Shown piece by piece: positions 51,719 through 64,000 of a stretch of 64,000 nt of DNA. The DNA is from the human T2T-CHM13v2.0 reference genome, Homo sapiens. The translations under genes were made by a program, and so were the position numbers. The notes below the pieces were generated by a model. That model had not been told where the DNA came from, did no database searches, and saw only the letters and a list, made by a program, of their open reading frames with translations. Where the stretch lies: NCBI RefSeq assembly GCF_009914755.1, contig NC_060932.1. One strand, given 5' to 3'. The stretch's first letter is position 1; each line of letters begins with the position of its first letter.

Positions 51719-51997
51719 GCTCACACCTGTAATTCCAGCACTTTGGGAGACCAAGGCCGGCAGATCACAAGGTCAGGAGTTTGAGACCAGCCTGGCCAAC
51801 ATGGTGAAACCCTGCCTCTACTAAAAATACAAAAATTAGCCAGGTGTGGTGGCAGGCGCCTGTAATCTCAGCTACGCAGGAGGCTGAGGCAGAGAATTAC
51901 TTGAACCCCGGAGGCAGAGTTTGCAGTGAGCCGAGATGGCGCCACTGCACTCCAGCCTGGGTGACAGAGCAAGACTCTGTTTCAAAAAATAAAATAA
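51719..51997 (+). mobile_element. 5'-truncated Alu (AluSg-like)
   Basis: gctcacacctgtaattccagc...tttcaaaaaataaaata. Confidence 0.92.
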
Positions 51998-52369
51998 GTT
52001 ATAGAAATGGAATAATATAGTTTATAACCTTTTGGGATTGAGATTTTTCACTTAGTTTAATTCCCCGGAGATTTATCCAAGTTGTTGTGTATGTCAATAA
52101 CCCACTCCATATTGCTCGGTAGTATTCCATGGTACAAATGTGCCACAGTTTGTTGAACTATTTGTTGATGAAGGGCCTTTGGGTTGTTTCCATATTTGAG
52201 TCATTAAAAATAAAAGGTGCTGTGAACATTTGTGTACCAGTTTTTGAGTGAACATGTTTTTATTTTTCTGGGATAAATGATCAAGATTGCGATTGTCAGG
52301 TGTTATGGTAAGGGCATGTTTTGTTTCATTAAAAAAGGCATAAGAATACCAAATATTTCAATGAATTCT

Positions 52370-58496
<6,127 letters not shown>

Positions 58497-58761
58497 TGCA
58501 GTGAATTCTAATACATCTTTCTAGGCTTAAGAAATTTTTTTTTAACATCTTTGGTATGTGGATGTCAGTTTTTCCTTTGTTCCCTCCTGAGTAGCTGACT
58601 TTGCTGGGCTGTTTTATAACTCCTACTTGTAACTTTTAAGAATCAATGTTATCTTCCTTGTTGGTGGCTTCTAGTACATTTCAGTATAAAAGACATATAT
58701 CTCAAGATTCTTTGTGATACACTGAGAAGGTATTGAGTTTGACTTTAAAAGAACAGCCAAA

Positions 58762-59365
<604 letters not shown>

Positions 59366-59669
59366 AGAGCAGCAAAAAGCACAGATGTTGCACCCAAAGG
59401 CCTTGCAGAGAATGCAGTTTGATGAAATGGCATGGGGTGGGCAGGGGAGCCCAGATCATGCAGGGCCTGGAGGCCTTGGCTGGGTTTCACTTCCAAGGTA
59501 GTGCCTTGGAAACCTGCACTTTAAAATGTAGCTGTGGCATAGAGAATGGACAGCTATAGAGGCAAGGGGAAAATACGTTCTATTTATCTTCACGAATCAT
59601 TGTATTTTTCTTTTTTTAAAAGAGGAAACAGTTTCCAACATTGCTTTGCTCATTATCTGCATGATGGTG

Positions 59670-59885
59670 AACAGTGATTACTAAGTGATACTCAAAGCAT
59701 TTTGCATGTATATTAATCACAATTACCCTTCCAGTTAGGTCCTGCTCTCCTTATTTTAGAGATGAGGACAATGCAGACACAGGAGAATATGGATGGGTAC
59801 AGCCTTGTGTGCCTGCCAGTGGGTAGCAGAGCCAGATTTACATTGGGCAGCCTAACTTGGTGGCCCATGTTCATAGCCTACTTGT
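59670..59885 (-). mobile_element. MIR
   Basis: ccttattttagagatgaggacaatgcagacacagg...gtagcagagccagattt. Confidence 0.7.
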
Positions 59886-60046
59886 TTTAGGGGCAGGTCT
59901 GGGCAGAACTGAGTTCAGGAGATGTGAGTGCAGCAGTGGTTGCACCCTGGCTCCGTTGTTTGATCTCTGTTTAGTAACAGGGTGACAATTTTTTTCACAA
60001 TATGTTTGATATCATAGTTTTTAAAACTAAAAGTAGTTACAAATGT

Positions 60047-60353
60047 TCTTTTATTTTTTTGAGTAGGGTCTCCCTCTGTTGCCCAGGCATGAGTACAGTG
60101 GCACCATCACAATTCACTGCAGCCTTAACCGCCTGGGCTCAAGGGCTCCTGCTACCTCAACCTCCAGAGTGGCTGGGACTACAGTCACATGCCACCACAC
60201 CCAGCTGTTTAAAAAAAAATTTCTTTTTTTTCTCTACAGAAATGGAGTCTTCCTATGTTTTCCAGGCTGGTCTCGAACTCTTGGCCTCAAGGGAACCTCC
60301 CTTCTCAGTCTCCCAATGAATTGGAATTACAGGCGTTAGCCACCATACCCGGA
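60047..60353 (-). mobile_element. AluJ
   Basis: Diverged dimer. Confidence 0.9.
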
Positions 60354-60477
60354 CCCTTAGATGTTCTTAAATGCAAAAAACCTTCTTTGTTATACAGGAA
60401 GAGAGTAAAGAAAAAAGAAGAACCAGTGATAACAAAGAAATTGATGGGCTTCAGATAAATTATTTTTCATGATGAAA

Positions 60478-60708
60478 TTTTTTGGGGGAAAGGGAAAGGT
60501 CTTGCTCTGTTGTGCAGGCTGGAGTGCAGTGGCGCAGCCTTGGCTCACTGTAACCTCCGCCTCCTGGGTCCAGACAATTTTTGTGCCTTCTGAGTATGCT
60601 GGGATTACAGGCGCCTGCCACCACCCCTGGGTAATTTTTGTATTTTTAGTAGAGCCTGCCTCGGCCTCCCAAAGTGCTAGAATTACAGACATTAACCACC
60701 TTGCCCAG
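60478..60708 (-). mobile_element. Alu with internal deletions
   Basis: ttagtagag is joined directly to cctgcctcggcc. Confidence 0.88.
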
Positions 60709-61699
60709 ACTTTAACTGCCTATTCTTAAGCAAGATACTTTATTTTTGAAATTTAAGATCACTTCCGTTAGCTAATTTAAAAAAATGATTCTTATTTAAA
60801 TTGTATTATAGAGGGTAAGCAACCAAGTAATATTCTCAGTGTTTTTCAATCATCCAGATGAAAATTTTATATATGCTCATATTTCTGTGTTTATTCTTGT
60901 TGTGTGAAGTAAATGCTTTACTGGTCACTATATCTGGTGGTGGAGATGGGATAGTGGGAAGTGAGGGTCACAGGTACCAAGCTGGCAGGTCACATTCATT
61001 TACTCAGCAGTTGCTCAGCAGGGGCCTCCAGTGTGCCAGGCTCCTTGCTGGGCTCTAAAGATACACTGTGAATAAGCAAGATCTGGTCACTGCACCCTTA
61101 GACCTTCTCTTTTAGTGGACTAGATGGATGACAAGCAGAGAGAGAAAATCGGGACAGGTTAGTAAAGTGCAGGGTCTGCATGGGCATGGTAGGAGCTGTG
61201 CAGGACAGGCTATGGAAGCGAGCTTCATATTTACAGTGGGTAAATACAACCTCTGTCTAGTTTCTCAGCCAGAATATCAATGTGAGGTGCCTAAACAGTT
61301 TTGGGATGGTGGAAGTTTTGCTATCTATTTGTTCTTGCTAGAAAAATTATATTTTGTGTAATAGATTTTAAATGTTCCATATTTTAAATATTTTTTCTTG
61401 TATAAAATTATTATATTTGAAAGATTTCTTTAGGTTATTATTGAAGTTCAGTAAGAAGCAGTTTATTTAGTATACATTATATTCACACAGTAAAAAGTGA
61501 GTACAACTTAAACCTTTGGAAAATTGAGGGTGGGACAAAATTTTGGTTTAGGAGTACCTTTGTCATGTTAATATTTGCTTTTATTGAATTATCATTTTGT
61601 ATTGAAATATAAGAAACTACAGAAAACACAGATACACAGCTTAACAAGTGTTATATAGAAGGTACCCGTATTACTACCAGTACTTAAAGAATAGAAATA

Positions 61700-62020
<321 letters not shown>

Positions 62021-62343
62021 CCATAGAATAGAAATAGATGGTTTTCTATTCAGTATTTTTTAACTCACTACAGCAATATTGTAAATTGATGCCTTATGCC
62101 TTTTTATTCTTTCTTGCCAAATGGCTATAATATTTTGGCTTATCTTTTTTTTTTTACTTTGTTCCTTACTACTTTCATTCAACATTTATTAAGCAACAAG
62201 TAGATTATCATCATTGATAGAACTGTCTGATTCCATCATAACATTATAATTCATTTTTCCTTGCTTCCTTTTGTAAGATATTAAAGTTTTATTCTTTAGA
62301 AGGAAACAAAACCATATTTTACACTTGAAGATGTTTTAATAAC

Positions 62344-62661
62344 TGTCTTAGTCTGTTTTGTTTTGCCATAATAGAACACCACAGACTGGATAATTGATAA
62401 AGAAATTTATTTCTCACCTGCCTGGAGGCTGGGAAGCCTAATATCCGCCTCACCAGAAGGGAAAAGAAGTGTGAGAGAGGGAGAGGAAGGTGGTAGAACT
62501 CATCCTTTAATGAGGAACCAACTCCCATGATAATGACATTAATCCATAGAGGGCAGAGCCTCAGGATCTAGTCACCTCTTAAAGATCACCTTTCAACACT
62601 GCTGTGTTGGAGATTAAGCTTCCAGCACATTAACTTTGGGGGACACATTCAGACCATAGCA
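62344..62661 (-). mobile_element. MaLR solo LTR (MST-like)
   Basis: tgtcttagtctgttttg...acacattcagaccatagca; 5-bp TSD ataac/ataat. Confidence 0.88.
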
Positions 62662-63651
62662 ATAATCTGTAACTTTCCATTTATTGAAGTACGTTTTGAA
62701 GAATTAGAAGAGAGAAAGAAACAAAGCCTAAGAGAATAAAGTATTATTTCTTAGGATTTGTAAAGGAGAAAAACTCTGATGACTTATTCCTTGAATAATA
62801 TTGTATTTATACAATTTCAAGAGAAACTGAAATCATATACTATTTCCATATTCTGATGATTATGATTAAATACTCAGGATAACACTCCTGGACACTTCTA
62901 ATGCTTTTAGACTTTCTTCACATTATATAATGGGTTGGAAACATTCATAAATATTATAAATACTTTATAAATATTATAAATATAAAATAAATTGTCAGAA
63001 GCAGTTAACAAGGATTACCATTGGAAAAGGGTTGGGACAGGGTTTTTTTTTTTTAAATATGCCTTTTACAAAAAAAGAAATTTGTCAAAATCAAATATTG
63101 TTTTTACCATTATAGGGAGATAGATGTGAAGTGATAGAAAACTCCACCCTGAATTTTACTTATGAAGTACTAAAAAATTAATACTTCTATGTCAGGAAGT
63201 GAAAAATTCAATAACAAGACTGGTTTTTATAGTGCGGTAGTTTTCCAGAATGAGGAGTGTAGTGATCCTTTTTCCTTGGACAAGATTATCTGCCAACAGC
63301 CTGACAGGCTTGGTATGTAATCTCCAATACTTCTGCACCCTCCTTGTTACCTGTGTGAACCTTAGGTGAGCGTCTCTGTGCACCAGATGCAGGGGAACGG
63401 GGAGGCTGGGGCGTCCCTGACCGTCAGGCTACCTCAGGAGCAGTGGATGTGGTGCCCCACAGTGCAGCCCACAGAGTGGGGTTTCCTCGGTCTTGTCGCA
63501 AGCGTGTAGCCAGAAATCTGGTCCCCCACCTATTTCTTACTGCTTCCAGGAACTCCTCTGAGGCTGGGGGCCCCTGAGATGGGGTTGTGGTCCAGGGTCA
63601 CCACTTGAGTGGCTGGGAGAAGAAGAATGAAAGTTGGGGTCGGCGATTTCT

Positions 63652-63999
<348 letters not shown>

Positions 64000-64000
64000 A

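Larger units (their letters stand above)
50960..52330 (-). mobile_element. Old L1MC-like 3' region interrupted by a MaLR LTR and an Alu
   Basis: aataattgtagattgacatgcagttagaaataatactgagagatcc...gggataaatgatcaag. Confidence 0.7.

Overview
Human (or great-ape) intronic DNA from the SPIDR (KIAA0146, chr8q11) gene, transcribed on the + strand. Only two coding exons are recognisable: 32118-32368 (251 nt) and 43603-43703 (101 nt). They splice in frame to give PSSIEILEYSSDSEKEDDLENVLLIDSES...KKKLLR/GGLAERLNGLQNRERSAISLWRHQCISYQKTLS, about aa 176-292. The rest is interspersed repeat: about 25 Alus, three primate L1PA copies (a 4.6 kb sense copy, a 1.65 kb antisense copy and a full-length 6.1 kb antisense copy), old L1M/L2/MIR remnants, MaLR LTRs, MER DNA transposons and microsatellites. 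Almost every ORF in the track comes from these repeats. The most notable observations are four. (1) The three neighbouring L1s share a mosaic of apparently post-insertion mutations, including the same ORF1 frameshift, which suggests local gene conversion between inverted L1s that bracket a coding exon. (2) The full-length L1 carries an intact ORF0 extended to 153 aa and pointing in the SPIDR direction, with one donor in the same phase as the host intron. (3) The two exons sit inside inverted Alu pairs and could form a circle encoding an 85-aa peptide with a novel tail. (4) There are several DNA-repair or retrotransposition scars. Subfamily names, consensus comparisons and exon numbering are from memory and need checking with RepeatMasker/Dfam/RefSeq. 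There is no evidence of a prokaryote-type novel system.
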